A stretch of 63,719 nucleotides of DNA, filler included, from Octopus bimaculoides (taxonomy: Eukaryota), in the NCBI RefSeq assembly GCF_001194135.2. It is 4 parts of 4 records of this genome, joined end to end, with 100 filler letters (N's around TTAATTAATTAA, not from the genome) between each part and the next. Parts side by side here need not be neighbours in the genome. Positions count along the whole stretch, not along the records: positions 39,857 to 61,171 come from NC_068990.1; 3 more parts are not named here. One strand, 5' to 3'. A program made the translations under genes and the position numbers. The notes below the pieces were generated by a model, which was given only the letters and a program-made list of their open reading frames with translations, was not told where the DNA came from and searched no databases. Each line of letters starts with the position of its first letter. Position 1 is the first letter of the stretch. Of the stretch, positions 43,640 through 55,688 are shown piece after piece.

Positions 43640-43855
43640 ATAGAGAGATTTAGAAGTGCGTAAGATTGTGGTTTCGATTCCTGGACCGGGCGACGCGTTG
43701 TGTTCTTGAGCAAAACAATTCATTTTACGTTGCTCCAGTTCATTCAGCTGGCAAAAATGAGTAATCCTGAAAAGGACCGGCGTTCCGTCTAGGTGGGGGA
43801 TATATACGCCACGAAACCAGAAACCGGCCCTAATGAGTCGGTATAACTCGAGAAG
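43640..43855 (+). mobile_element. SINE family C copy
   Basis: B-box gtttcgattcc + tgtgttcttgagcaaaac..ttttacgttgctccagttcattcagctgg. Other copies at about 54717-54960 (+), 59890-60172 (-), with heads at about 20590-20650 and 23540-23610. Confidence 0.8.
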
Positions 43856-44471
43856 TTAAGTTTACCATTACTTTATAGTAAATTGGTATGTAGACTGAAT
43901 GCACCACGCGGTTCAGCGGTTATGACAAGCTGAAATTCCGCATTGTATAATATAGAATTTATATTGAAATAAAAATACACGGACAGTCGAGTAGATTAGT
44001 GTTGAAATATCAGAGAAAGGTTCAATGACTCGTATCCCTGGGAGTGGAATTTCGCTTCGCCTATTTCCTGAATACTTAATACTCAAATTATAACGTTCAT
44101 ATAGTTGAAAGTAGATACTACAAGGAATTACAATTCTATCGCTGTTAATAGCGAAAATAGGGCAGAACTAATGAGGGTTTCGTTAGACTTCACAACTGTG
44201 ACATTTCCTCCCACGAGCTGAATCTGTTCAGAGATAATTTCCATTAGTCTGTCTTCCTTTTCTTAAGATATGCTGCTCTTATGACTCAATGAATTACAGA
44301 ACTCAGTATGTTATGAGTTCATACATTAACACAAAATCATACATGTCTATGAGAATGGTGAAACACCAATTCGACTCGACTAAAAGTAAAGTATTGCTGA
44401 TTATTTCATCGAACCAGGAGACATGGTGAAAAACTAACTAGAGCCCTAGTAAAGCTTAATCTGAGAATATA

Positions 44472-45026
44472 CAGGGTTATTCAAAAAGAATGAACTGATT
44501 TCATTACGTATTATTTTAATAAGGAAAAGCAATAGAAACAATAGAAAAGCAATAGTCACAAGTATTTACTCACAATCAACTTTTATTTCCTGCCTTACAA
44601 GTGTTCAATGTGGCCACCACCTGCAGCACGAGTAACATCAATGCGATAACGGAATTTCTACCAGAGGCGTATCTGCTTGAACTGCGAGATCCCCAGACCT
44701 CACTGTGTCTGTTTTTTTCTTGTGGGGATATGTAAAAGATCGCGTTTATGTTCCAGCCCTACCCACTAACCTCGATGACCTTAAACATCGAATAACAACA
44801 GCGATCAACACAGTGGCTCGTGATATGCTTATACGCGTCTGAGAGGAATTCTCTTATCGCATTGATGTTGCCCGTGCTGCAGGTGGTGGTCACATTGAAC
44901 ACTTGTAAGACAGGAAATAAAAGTTGATTGTAAGTAAATACTTGTGACTTAGTTGGAGTTTTCTATTGCTTTTTCTTATTAAAATATTACGTAATGAAAT
45001 CGGTTCATTCCTTTTGATTAACTCTG
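44472..45026 (+). mobile_element. Tc1/mariner-derived MITE (rosa/DD41D-like) with ~190-bp inverted arms
   Basis: TA|CAGGGTTATTC...TTAACTCTG|TA. Arms ~44472-44659 and ~44843-45026 are near-perfect inverted copies. Core reads RSPDLT..FFLWGYVKDRVYVP...LDDLKHRITTAI...GGHIEHL*. Confidence 0.9.
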
Positions 45027-46044
45027 TAAATAAATATAACTACTGTAAAGCATTTAGCCCGTTTCTGGATCATGGTATAACGCCAGAAATTTAAGGGAAG
45101 AAAATTAATCGATCATTTTAACTCCCAGTATTTGACTGGCACTCTATTTTAATGACCACACAGGGCTAGCTTGGCTACCAAATTTTGAAAATTCAGAGTT
45201 CATTGAAAATTTTAAAATTTGGTACATTAATGTAGTTTGCCAAGCTAAATCTCGGAAGATATTTCACTTTTTCCAGAAAAAAAAAGTTCTTGAGGTTCAA
45301 AGTTTGATAATTTTCACCCAGTCAGAAAACAGGATTTGGAACCTGTAATTTTGTGCGTAACAGCACGTGTTGTCATCTGTGAACAAATCAAATTCTGCTT
45401 TATGCACACCATTATAACTCTTCATAGCTTTTTTTATTTTTGGAATTTTCAGAAAACTTTTGAGTGTATTTGTTTTCTACACGGGAATTCATGCGATTAT
45501 CCAAAAATAAAGCAAAAAAGTTTTTAGTATGTGATTTAAGGCCTATATGGCTCTTATTTTTTTAGCACATCTGACGACTACCTCAATGAGTAGAAAATAT
45601 TTGTCAACACGTGCTTTCTCGCAGACAAAAGAGTTCTCATGCTTGGTTTATTATTATGGAAACAGGCATGAATGTGTCTGTGACTTACGATTGGCTAAAA
45701 TCACCCCAAATTTGCAAACTTTAAAAACTAATAACTCTTTATTTATTGAGTTATTGTGAAAATGAATTTCAAAGCAGTGATTTGCAGATAAAACTATATC
45801 ATTACACCGAATATGAAATCAATTCGAGCAGAAGTTGAAGAGATTGAAAATTGGAAGCCAAACTGAAAGGATCCAAAAATTAACTTTGCCAAGATTTGAT
45901 GTAAAGTGTGGGGAAGAAATACTGCTAGGCATTTTGTTCGATTCTGCTAATCCACCACCTTATGATAACAATGTAATAATAATACAAAAATTCATGTTTC
46001 ATAATTCACGATCAACTTTATTGTGAATAAATTGTGTAACTTAC

Positions 46045-46205
46045 TGCAATTTAATTCATCCGATCCATCTCTACAATCGATAGTCTTGTCGCATTTGTAT
46101 TTGTTGGCAATACACTCTCCCATAGCACACCGGAATTCACCTGGCTGGCATTTCTTGGGACAATCTTTAATCTTAGTGCATTGGAATTTACCCACGGAGC
46201 AGACA
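46045..46205 (-). CDS. SSPO: SCO-spondin-like exon: end of E module + LDLa repeat 1 ([53 protein letters not shown])
   Basis: LDLa motif C..GEFxCxxGxCI...CD...DCxDGSDE..C; acceptor ttctttttag| and donor A|gtaagt; 161 nt, phase 2 to 1. Confidence 0.95.
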
Positions 46206-47015
46206 CTAAAAAGAATAAGGAGTTCTTTACATGAAGTTTCGGTCTTTTAGTTATGGTTTCAGTATTAACCAGTGTATCATGAACGTGATTATCAGCCAAA
46301 ATAACTTGGCAAGATGTCATAAAGTTGGAACCTTGGTGAATTTTTGAAGGTTTGGTTTGAGGGAGAGAAAAAGGAAAAAAGGAAATAAAAAGAGACAGAA
46401 AGAAAGAAAGAAAACAAAAAGAAAGGCAGGAAGAAAGAAAGAGAGAAAGGGGTCTTTTTCTGAGATGGATTAAGAATACCACACAAGAAAACCTTCCGTG
46501 CATTTTCCCGTCCTCTGCCCAAGGTTTTGATTGACTGCAAGTTATGACTGAAGAGATTTGGATAGAAATAAAAAAAAACAAGCGATGACGATGTGAACTT
46601 CATAGTCTCATGCGATTTCTTTCAATGTGTCAGATGTTGCAGGAGAGAAAAAAAAAGACAACTTTTTACATTACATTGCTATAAGTGATCTTTTCTACTA
46701 TAGGCACCGGACCTGAAATTTTGTAGGGAAGAGGTATAATCATTCACTATCGATGACGAAAGGACGACAGGCAGCCTCGACTTCGGTGGCATTTGAACTT
46801 AGCATGCAAAGCCGGATGAAATGCCGATAAGCATTTTGTCATGCGTACTAACGATTCTGGAAGCTCGCTGCCCCCAAATACATTTGTCCACAATGCCACA
46901 CAGGAGGGTCGAATTCTGGACCTCACAACCTGGAAGCAAACTGCTTAACCACTCGTCCATGTTAGCACCAATGCTATTTAATATAAGTAATTAAAACAAA
47001 ATTCTGAATACTTGC

Positions 47016-47109
47016 CATTCTTTGCAATTCATATTTAGCTTTGTCCCAGGGCTGTATCTCAGACCGTTCATATAGCATGGACACTCAATTGCAGGGACAC
47101 ATTTCTTAC
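47016..47109 (-). CDS. SSPO: SCO-spondin-like exon: TIL end + E module (KKCVPAIECPCYMNGLRYSPGTKLNMNCKE(C)); ends at a GC donor
   Basis: Acceptor ttttatttcag|; donor TG|gcaagt (non-canonical GC). 94 nt, phase 1 to 2; the split codon TG+T restores the expected Cys. Confidence 0.9.
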
Positions 47110-48031
47110 CTGAAATAAAAATGTTATCATATAATGATCCGGAAATAATACTCTCACATATTATCTTCACCCCTCTCTCTTCCCCTCTCTCCATTCTCTC
47201 AACATCTCTCACTCACTCTCTTCTTCTGTTTTACTTTTACATGTTCTGGTTATTTTGTTGTTTCATTATCTAATGGAAATGTTCCATTATAAAGAAGGAT
47301 AATTTGATTTATAATATTTAATTCGAGACATGTTATGTTTGTATATACATCACTGTTAACTGTAAATAATAATGATAATTATTATCCAATTCTTCAAATA
47401 TGCAGCTGTTTCTTAGTAGTTTTAGAAACAAAACAGAATAGGTTCAAAGTACATAAATATACTGCAAATAGAAATTAACAATAACTTTAGTGATGACATA
47501 GGATGAAGAAACAAACTGTTGCCGCTTTATGATGACCTGCATGGTTTGTAAAAGAAAATTTAAGCACAACACTCACTGATGCACTTAGCTTTACTGCTTC
47601 TGGTCAACCACTAGCAGAAGATTCAAAATTTGCAATAATATGAGTAAACCTATGTTCTATGCAGGTTGCAACTATCTCATTTGTTATAGGCACAATGTAC
47701 CTGAGATTACATTTGCCAATATTCCTAGTAGATTAGCTAGCATCGATTTATATATGTTTGTATGGCACACTTTCTGAAGAGTATCAGTATTTCTACTTAA
47801 GATTATTTCGATATTGAAACAAAAATACTCAACTGTCTTACGGAAGAGTGATGCAAAACATTGATAATGGTATGGAATTAAAGTTTTATAAACTCATCCT
47901 TTTCAAAGATGGTGTAAGTAAAAGGAAGCTGGCCTCGGCTAGGAGTCGAAAACCCACTGACAATTAGAGCTTTTATTATAAAGTCGTTTACTACACAATT
48001 TTATTAACATTTTCAAGAATATAAACTGTAC

Positions 48032-48181
48032 CATCTCTTATAAATCCAGGAGCACAGAAACAGCCTTCGATGCATTTTGTAGTTTTACAATAAGGTTCTG
48101 GTTCATCACCAATATTTCTACAGGTCTGAGGACAGGGAGAACCACATGTTGAATAGCGGAAGTTTTCTTCACATTGAATTG
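48032..48181 (-). CDS. SSPO: SCO-spondin-like exon: TIL domain (IQCEENFRYSTCGSPCPQTCRNIGDEPEPYCKTTKCIEGCFCAPGFIRD(G))
   Basis: TIL pattern CxxxCxxTC...C..GCFCxxG; acceptor ttttccag| and donor G|gtacag; 150 nt, phase 1 to 1. Confidence 0.95.
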
Positions 48182-48418
48182 CTGGAAAATTGAAAGAAAA
48201 TATAAAGGATGAAAGAAAATGAAAGTAAAAAGGATGAATACATTTATGTACAGTTTCAAATAAGGTCATTTCCATTAAAACTTTTGGTGGAAAGAACAAT
48301 CTTGCACGTGAGAAAATATATATTGAATATGTCTCAGTAGATTCTGAAGTCTTATAATACTCCCGTGAGAGTATTCCATCCACGATAAGATACAAATAGT
48401 AATATATAGCAGGAAATA

Positions 48419-48632
48419 ACGCGGCGAGCAGATAGAATCGTTAGCACACCGGACAAAATGTTCAGTGGCATTTCGTCCGTCATTACGTTCTTAGTTCAAT
48501 TTCTGCCGAGGTCGACTTCGCTTTTCATCCTTCCGGAGTCGATAAAATAAGTACTAGTTGAGCACTGGGGTCGATGCTATCGACTTATCCCCTCCTCCGA
48601 AATTGCTGGTCTTCTGCCAAAATTTGAAACCA
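48419..48632 (+). mobile_element. SINE family B copy
   Basis: Aligns end to end with the head and body of 19904-20130. Confidence 0.85.
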
Positions 48633-49199
48633 GTATATAGCAGTCAATTCAATCGTCTATAGTATTGGACAGTTAATGAATTTTAAAGATTCAAATTGAA
48701 ATTAATTGTGAATTTATGAAATAAAATAAAATCTTAATCAAAATTGAAACTTCACTAAGAGGCTTTGGTGGTACTCTAAATTAGTGCTGGTTGGTCAGTG
48801 ATACAAACATACACAGAGCAGTGAGCTGAACGCCGTACAATGTTAGATTCATTCTATCTATATTTATGTTCTGAGCTGAATCACGCTATGAAAGAATTTT
48901 ACATTCCATTCTTTGACAGTGGATAGATTATTTTTCAGTAATCTACTTAGTGCCATTAGAATACAATCAACTCTAACCCATCGCTTACACGAACTGGTTT
49001 TGTGCTGAATGAAAAGCTATCAATTTAAAAGCACTTAAGTTTGAGGTGACCCAAAATGAGTCCCCCAAAATGTTCTAATCTTATCAAATATTTTGGTCTC
49101 CTTTGTCGTTAAGTTGATGCGAGAGAGAAATTTTCCTCGACCATCTTGGATGGGGCACTTGTCTATAGAATGTAGCCTTTCTCACCAAAAGAGTAAATC

Positions 49200-49560
49200 G
49201 AAAACGAGAACTGATAGCAGGGAATGATATCACCCTACTTGTATCTAGTCGGTGTTGGATTCGACTTGGTGGTTTGTTGAGTGATACGTATCTTTGCCAC
49301 GAACACATAACTAGGACCGAAACCGAAGGACTGGTCTTTCTCTTCAGAACCAGATAATTCTTCACCCCGACAACAATTATTGACACACTACTCAAGCTCA
49401 GGTGACGCCCACTACGAAGTATTGCTCTTCCAACTGGGTTGCTGAGACTGTAGCACATACAGACATCCTAAACCGACCTAGAAAAATGACAACACGACTG
49501 ATTGGTATAAAACCACTCACAGACACGCTCTATTCTCTAGCCCGACCACATGTGCAGTGT
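49200..49560 (+). mobile_element. Degenerate CR1/L2-like LINE, RT C-terminal region
   Basis: Broken frames read RLGGLLSDTYLCHEHI and QVTPTTKYCSSNW...DILNRPRKMTTRLIG, resembling the CR1 consensus DLGV...HI and RPxLEYCSSVW...RATRLI. Confidence 0.5.
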
Positions 49561-49685
49561 CTTCTCTCGTTCTCTTTACTTCTTCTACTGCTACTTTAAT
49601 GGTCTCTGTTCCTCACAGCTGGAGGGGATAGGGCATCTCCACTCAAGCATTTCGGTTTCACTCACTTTTCCTTATCTTATTACTC

Positions 49686-49820
49686 TTACATTATTTACAT
49701 TTGACGGATATTTGTTCTCATCTTGTTTCGGCTGATATACCCTCCAGCCTTCATCAGGTGTCTTGGAGGAATTTCGAACCTGGGTTCTCATTCCTAAGGT
49801 AATCTTCGATGTTGTTGTTA

Positions 49821-49851
<31 letters not shown>

Positions 49852-49973
49852 TATTATTATTATCATTATGATTATTATCATTATTATTATCATTATGATT
49901 ATTATCATTATGATTATTATCATTATTATTATTATTATGATTATTATCATTATTATTATTATTATGATTATTA

Positions 49974-50009
<36 letters not shown>

Positions 50010-50218
50010 CGAGTTCGATTCCAGGCAGTGACCTGAATAATGATGATAATAATAATAATAACAACAACATAATAACATCGAAAATTACCTTAGCAATGAG
50101 AACCCAGGTTCGAAATTCCCCCAAGACACCTGATGAAGGCTGGAGGGTATATCAGCCGAAATGTTGTGTTAACAACAAACAAGATGAGGACAAATATCTG
50201 TCAAATGTAAATAATGTA
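49686..50218. mobile_element. Head-to-head inverted pair of Penelope-like tails around an (ATT/ATC)n tract, with a B-box fragment and hammerhead-like cores
   Basis: Arms ~49686-49820 (-) and ~50060-50218 (+) are inverted copies. Each has CTGATGA-A-GGCTG(loop)CAGCC-GAAA. GAGTTCGATTCC at 50011-50022 precedes the right arm. Confidence 0.7.
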
Positions 50219-50528
50219 CATTATTCCTCATGTCTTAAATATAGAACTCATTACTCTTGTTGTTCCCCAAACACAAGCAATCGCATTATTTACCAAATTC
50301 GGTCCTTCCTTTGCCCAGAACGTCAGATCTCTGATATTCAATTCCACTGCTTATATCTCTAGCAACAGCTGGCTTACAACTATTCATCAAAGGAATCGAC
50401 CGTTAATGGAAATGATCTCATCAGGTTAGAAGAACCTTGGTTTAGGAGTTGGAAGACCAAATGGAATAAATAAGTAAGAAAAAAAAGTGAAGACAAGAAA
50501 AAAAAGAAAAGAAGAATGGGATACGTAC

Positions 50529-50638
50529 GACACAATTCTTGACTTCTCCATTTGATATAAATGTTATGTCTGCTGCACATGTCTGCAAAGTTTGATATAG
50601 CTGCGCATAAACATTCGCAGTCACCACCTGTATCACAA
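50529..50638 (-). CDS. SSPO: SCO-spondin-like exon: C8 domain second half ([36 protein letters not shown](P))
   Basis: CDxGGDCECxC motif typical of D3-type C8 domains; as I recall, vertebrate SCO-spondin also has WRSQELC here. Acceptor tttattccag| and donor C|gtacgt; 110 nt, phase 2 to 1. Confidence 0.94.
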
Positions 50639-51118
50639 CTGGAATAAACACATAATACGAAAAATGATTATTATTATTATTTCTAATAAAGAAAGGCTAA
50701 GTTGTGGTTGTACTCTTGTTGTAAAGTGGTGAAATTGTCGGAGGAAAACAAACACAAAGCCACACATACACATACATTTGCATATATANNNNNNNNNNNN
50801 NNNNNNNNNNNNNNNNNNNNNNNNNNNNNNNNNNNNNNNNNNNNNNNNNNNNNNNNNNNNNNNNNNNNNNNNNNNNNNNNNNNNNNNNNNNNNNNNNNNN
50901 NNNNNNNNNNNNNNNNNNNNNNNNNNNNNNNNNNNNNNNNNNNNNNNNNNNNNNNNNNNNNNNNNNNNNNNNNNNNNNNNNNNNNNNNNNNNNNNNNNNN
51001 NNNNNNNNNNNNNNNNNNNNNNNNNNNNNNNNNNNNNNNNNNNNNNNNNNNNNNNNNNNNNNNNNNNNNNNNNNNNNNNNNNNATATATATATATATATA
51101 TACATACATATATATATA

Positions 51119-51982
51119 CAGAGTGCGGTGAATAAACTCTCGTCTAAGTTACGCAAAAATGAAAATAATCCTGACATCTCATTTTGACAAAATTACATAA
51201 AAATATCTTGAAATACTAAAGAGTAAATTTATTCAATAAAATCGCAATTCGCTTCAACCACGGCCTCTAAACGACATCGGAATCTCCTGCAACTCTTCTG
51301 GACGGTCTCCTTGTTTAAGTTGGTGAATGCTGCCATAATTATTACCTTCAGTTCACCTCTGGTGTTACAAGGAGTTTTGTTGGTCACTCGCTCAACTGCA
51401 CTCCACACATAATAATCAAAAGGGTTTCAGTCTGGGGAGCTAGGTGGCCAGATGTTAGGGGTAATGTAGTCGCAGACATTTTCTGACAGAAATTGTCTGA
51501 CAGCTCCTGCTTATGTGGCATGGTTCAGCAACCTGTTGCCAGACATAGGGTGTTCCAGCAGCCATCTTCTTGACCCAAGGCAGCACTACCTCCTCCAGGC
51601 ACTTGATGTAAGCTTCCGTGTGGAATTTGAAGCTGTGAGAGAAGATGAATGGAGGCATAACGTCGCCATCACTAGTGATCACTCCAAACACCCTGATCTT
51701 GACCGGATGTTTGATTTTTATCACACTCGGTACATGTCCTCAGATTGCACTGTCCTCAGATTGACAGCCAAACACTGAAATGCTCGTATTGGAGCATGAA
51801 CGCCAGGCAGTACAGCATGTTGCCTCCAAATTTCTTACAAAGTGAATAGCGTCATAGTACTGTTTTTATTACAGACGGTGCCGAACTGACCCTACTATAC
51901 TGTGTAGTAAAAAAACAACAAAAACAATGCGCATGCGCGAAATAGAAATATAAAATTGTGACAATCTACCCATCGCACCCTG
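51119..51982 (-). mobile_element. Internally deleted maT/DD37D-like mariner element
   Basis: TA-flanked degenerate TIRs CAGAGTGCGGTG / CAGGGTGCGATG. Remnant translation HPVKIRVFGVITSDGDVMPPFIF...YIKCLEEVVLPWVKKMAAGTPYVWQQ, followed by decayed WPPSSPDxNPxDY-like and C-terminal RLEAVVEA-like segments. Confidence 0.88.
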
Positions 51983-52109
<127 letters not shown>

Positions 52110-52178
52110 GTATGTATGTATATATATGCATGTTCATATATCTGGAGGTAGATATGTTTGTGCGTATAAGCGACTTAC

Positions 52179-52312
52179 CCGCAAGCATCTTGAACACAGT
52201 CGTCATAGTATGTTTTATATTTATCGCCAGTAGCTTGGCGACATCTTTCGAAAAGCGGGCCTCGTCTGATGGGATTGCATGCACTTTGTGCCCACATTTT
52301 CCTCTCTGGACT
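52179..52312 (-). CDS. SSPO: SCO-spondin-like exon: C8 domain first half (SPERKMWAQSACNPIRRGPLFERCRQATGDKYKTYYDDCVQDAC(G))
   Basis: C8 cysteine spacing; acceptor tttcaatacag| and donor GG|gtaagt; 134 nt, phase 0 to 2. This frame is not shown in the ORF track but is required to link the flanking exons. Confidence 0.92.
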
Positions 52313-53119
52313 CTGTATTGAAAATACAACAAAAAAAAAATGTTCAGTAATTAATTAATTAAATAATTGAGGAATTCATATAAAGGTATATTTCAATACT
52401 GAGCAAATTTTCATCTCAACTAAGTGAGCTAACAACCGAATAAAGTGTTGATTTCTCTTTGCCGTTTGCTTTTGACAAGGTAAAAAGCTACCACTTATTC
52501 ATGCTGTTTAGCTCCTGGTTAAATATTATTACAGTTTCTGAAAAAGGTAGTTCTTTATATGTTTCCGAAGACCAATCATCGGTTCACTGCGTTTCGAGCT
52601 GAGAGAGTGACTAAAAGCGCCCACTGCAAAGTAGCGTTTTACTTTTAACTTTCTTGCCGATGATACTATGGCGATATAAATATACAAAAGCCACACACTC
52701 ACACATATGTCTGTCTGTCTGTCTATCTATCTATCTACCCCACTTCTCTCTTTCCCTCTCTCCCTCCCTCCATCCCTCCCCCCTCTCTCTCCATACGTAC
52801 ACATATACAAACTCCTCACAAGTAATTAGATCAACCCTCAAAACGTTTTATCTATGCAGTCATCACTCATTATTTACGGCGATGCCCAAACGAATTAAAT
52901 AATTAAAAACTGCACAAGGCATGTCTAATAAACACTAGATTAAGTATTTCAGACCGTCAAATGACATAATTTTATTTCTAGAAATAAATTCTCCAAGAAT
53001 GACCATAACTCTATACTGTTTATGTAGGTGTGTGTATGTATATATAAAACATATTGGTTCAGAAGATTCCAAAACCTATGAATCCAGGATCTCTCAAAGT
53101 CTATTGATCCAGGGTCCCA

Positions 53120-53300
53120 ACTCGGTCTAAACTTGGCCTTGGTCTTGTTGTTGAGTGATAAATTTAGTCTTTGCCGTGTTTAATACTACCAACCGACTTC
53201 TGGATGCTTTGTACTAGAGTTCATTCTATTGCAAGAAATCAAGCCATGTCTCCGACGTAGGAATGATGTTCCTTCTTCCGCTCGCTAACCTCAATGATCC
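53120..53300 (-). mobile_element. Possible decayed LINE RT remnant
   Basis: HSYVGDMA (YADD-like) followed in a shifted frame by VLNTAKTKFI (INxxKTK-like). Confidence 0.35.
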
Positions 53301-53390
53301 TGAACAACCCTACGGGCGTCATACAACCACTTCTGGCTATGTTATGTACAAAATCGAAGCAATTTTTAAATAAAGGAATTATATGCTTAC

Positions 53391-53599
53391 ATTACAAAAT
53401 ATCTTCTCATCACTCGGTTTCGTTTGTGGAACAGCCATGCAATCCTGTAACCGCCAGCTATGACCGAAATCAGACGCTAGATTTCTAACAGCATTATCGG
53501 GGCCTCTGAAATCATTTTCAGCATTTCCATCATAATTTCCGCAGAGACCTTCAACTTTTCCCATCCAGACAGGAGAAACATGCACATAAACTCGTGTCG
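53391..53599 (-). CDS. SSPO: SCO-spondin-like exon: VWD C-terminal part (TRVYVHVSPVWMGKVEGLCGNYDGNAENDF...FGHSWRLQDC...IFCN)
   Basis: GLCGNYDG..NDF and FGxSW motifs; acceptor ttattttccag| and donor AAT|gtaagc; 209 nt, phase 1 to 0. Confidence 0.95.
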
Positions 53600-55688
53600 C
53601 TGGAAAATAAATACACACATATGACATTAATTTACGAACGTGTATATTTGATGTATATTTTTGAATGAATGTTTTTGACTCTTATCTTTTAGTTGCTTCT
53701 GTCATTAGACTGTGGCCTTGCTGGAGCACTACCTTGAATGGTTTAGCCGAACAAATCGATTCCAGTAAGTAATTTTTAAGTCGAGTACTTATTCTATCGG
53801 TCTTTTTTTACCGAACCGCTAAGTTATGGGACGTAAAGACACTAACACGGTTAAGCGTTGGGGTGGAGGACAACCATCAAAACAAACATACACGCAGAAA
53901 TATATGCATCCTTGCATACATACAAACATACAATACATGCATATAAATACATATAAATACATACATAAAACATACAAATCTGCACATACATACATTAATA
54001 CATACATACATACATACATACATGCATACATACATACAAACAAACAAAAATACCCTGTTACTGATGTTGAAATTTCCAACGAAGGAATCTTGGATCTAGG
54101 TTAGAAACCGGTTCTTTCTCTTTTGGCAAGAAATCTTGAAATAAACTGAATAATGATATGCATACATATATATGCATAATTAACATACATTTATTAGTTT
54201 GTATTATTACCGTCTATTTATGAACCTATTCTTTACTCTTTTACTAGTTTCAGTCATTTGACTGTGGCCATGCTGGAGCACCGCCTTTAGTCGGGCAAAT
54301 CGATCCCAGGACTTATTGTTTGTAAGCCTAGTATTTATTCTATCGGTTTCTTTTGCCGAACTGCTAAGTTATGGGGACATAAACACACCAGCATCGGTTG
54401 TCAAGCGATGTTGGGGGACAAACACAGACAAACAAAGACCCCCCCCACATGTATATATATATGACAGGCTTCTTTCAGTTTCCGTCTACCAAATCCACTC
54501 AGCCACTCCTACGCCTATATTTATGAATGCATACTCTTGCCGTATATTTAAGTATATTCAATATATATTTACGAATCAGTAAACTTAACGTATAGTTATG
54601 AACGTGTGTATAATATATATTTATGGACGTGTACATTTACGAAAGAGGGTATAATATAAACGCGTACATTTAATGTGTATTTGTATGTACATATTTAACA
54701 TATTTATGGGTATTTGAAGGCGAGTGGCCGAGCGGTAAGGGGTGTTGCACACACGTTAGCGAGATCGTGGTTTTGATTCTCGACCAGCGTTGAGTTCTTG
54801 AGTAAAACACATCAATTCGCATTGCTCCAGTCCACTCAACTGTAAATGGGTAACCCTGCGACGTGCGAGCGTTTCCGTTGAGGGAGAATATTGTCCCGTA
54901 ACCCCACCCACTAGCCAGCGAAGTGGCATCGCTTGAAACCTACAACAATGCGCTTTTTCACATTGTAGCCAACGATACATAATTGCATCTGATAGTTTGG
55001 AAGATACAGTGATAATACTATAACTGGATACATTTTAGAAAATATATATCTTTAAAAGCACTTAAAAATGGATTGCACAACAATTGGACAATTCCCTGAT
55101 AATAGGTTTAAAACTAAGAAAATAACCTTTCTTAAGCCAACTTACCCAGCAAACTAAGTATGCAATGTCCTTATAATGCATTTGTATACGCATATTTAAC
55201 ATATATTCATGGGTATTTGAAGGCGTGTCGCCTAGTGGTAATGGGTTTTGAGCACATGTAATGGGTAATGAGTTTTGAGAAAGACCCTAGTTTCGATTCT
55301 CGACTAGATATTTTAAAAGGATTGCTCAACAATTGGACAATTGTACGAGAAAATAACCTTTATTACGCCACTTTACTCAGCAAAGTAAATTCGCAATGCC
55401 CTGATAGGAGAATTGAGCACCAATACAGAACTAGAATAAGAAGTGCAGCGATCATTATCTTCACCACTTTTACAAGTACTTTGATCACTTCACAATTTTA
55501 TCTGCTAGTTTTCTTTTGCTGTGGTCATAACATTCCAACATTTATTTTATCGATCCTTGAGGGAAGACAGCTAGTACCAGAAGGTACCAGAAGGTCTTCG
55601 ACTAAGGCTGATTTGAGGCTAGACAAAATCAGCATAACAGCGACAGCAATACTAACAATAAATGAATACGAAAATACTGATTACTTAC

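Noticed and set aside
47000-47010. Canonical GT donor (CAA|gtattc) for the 47109 exon
   Set aside because: Out of phase with the next exon and destroys the CxxCxC pattern; the GC donor fits.
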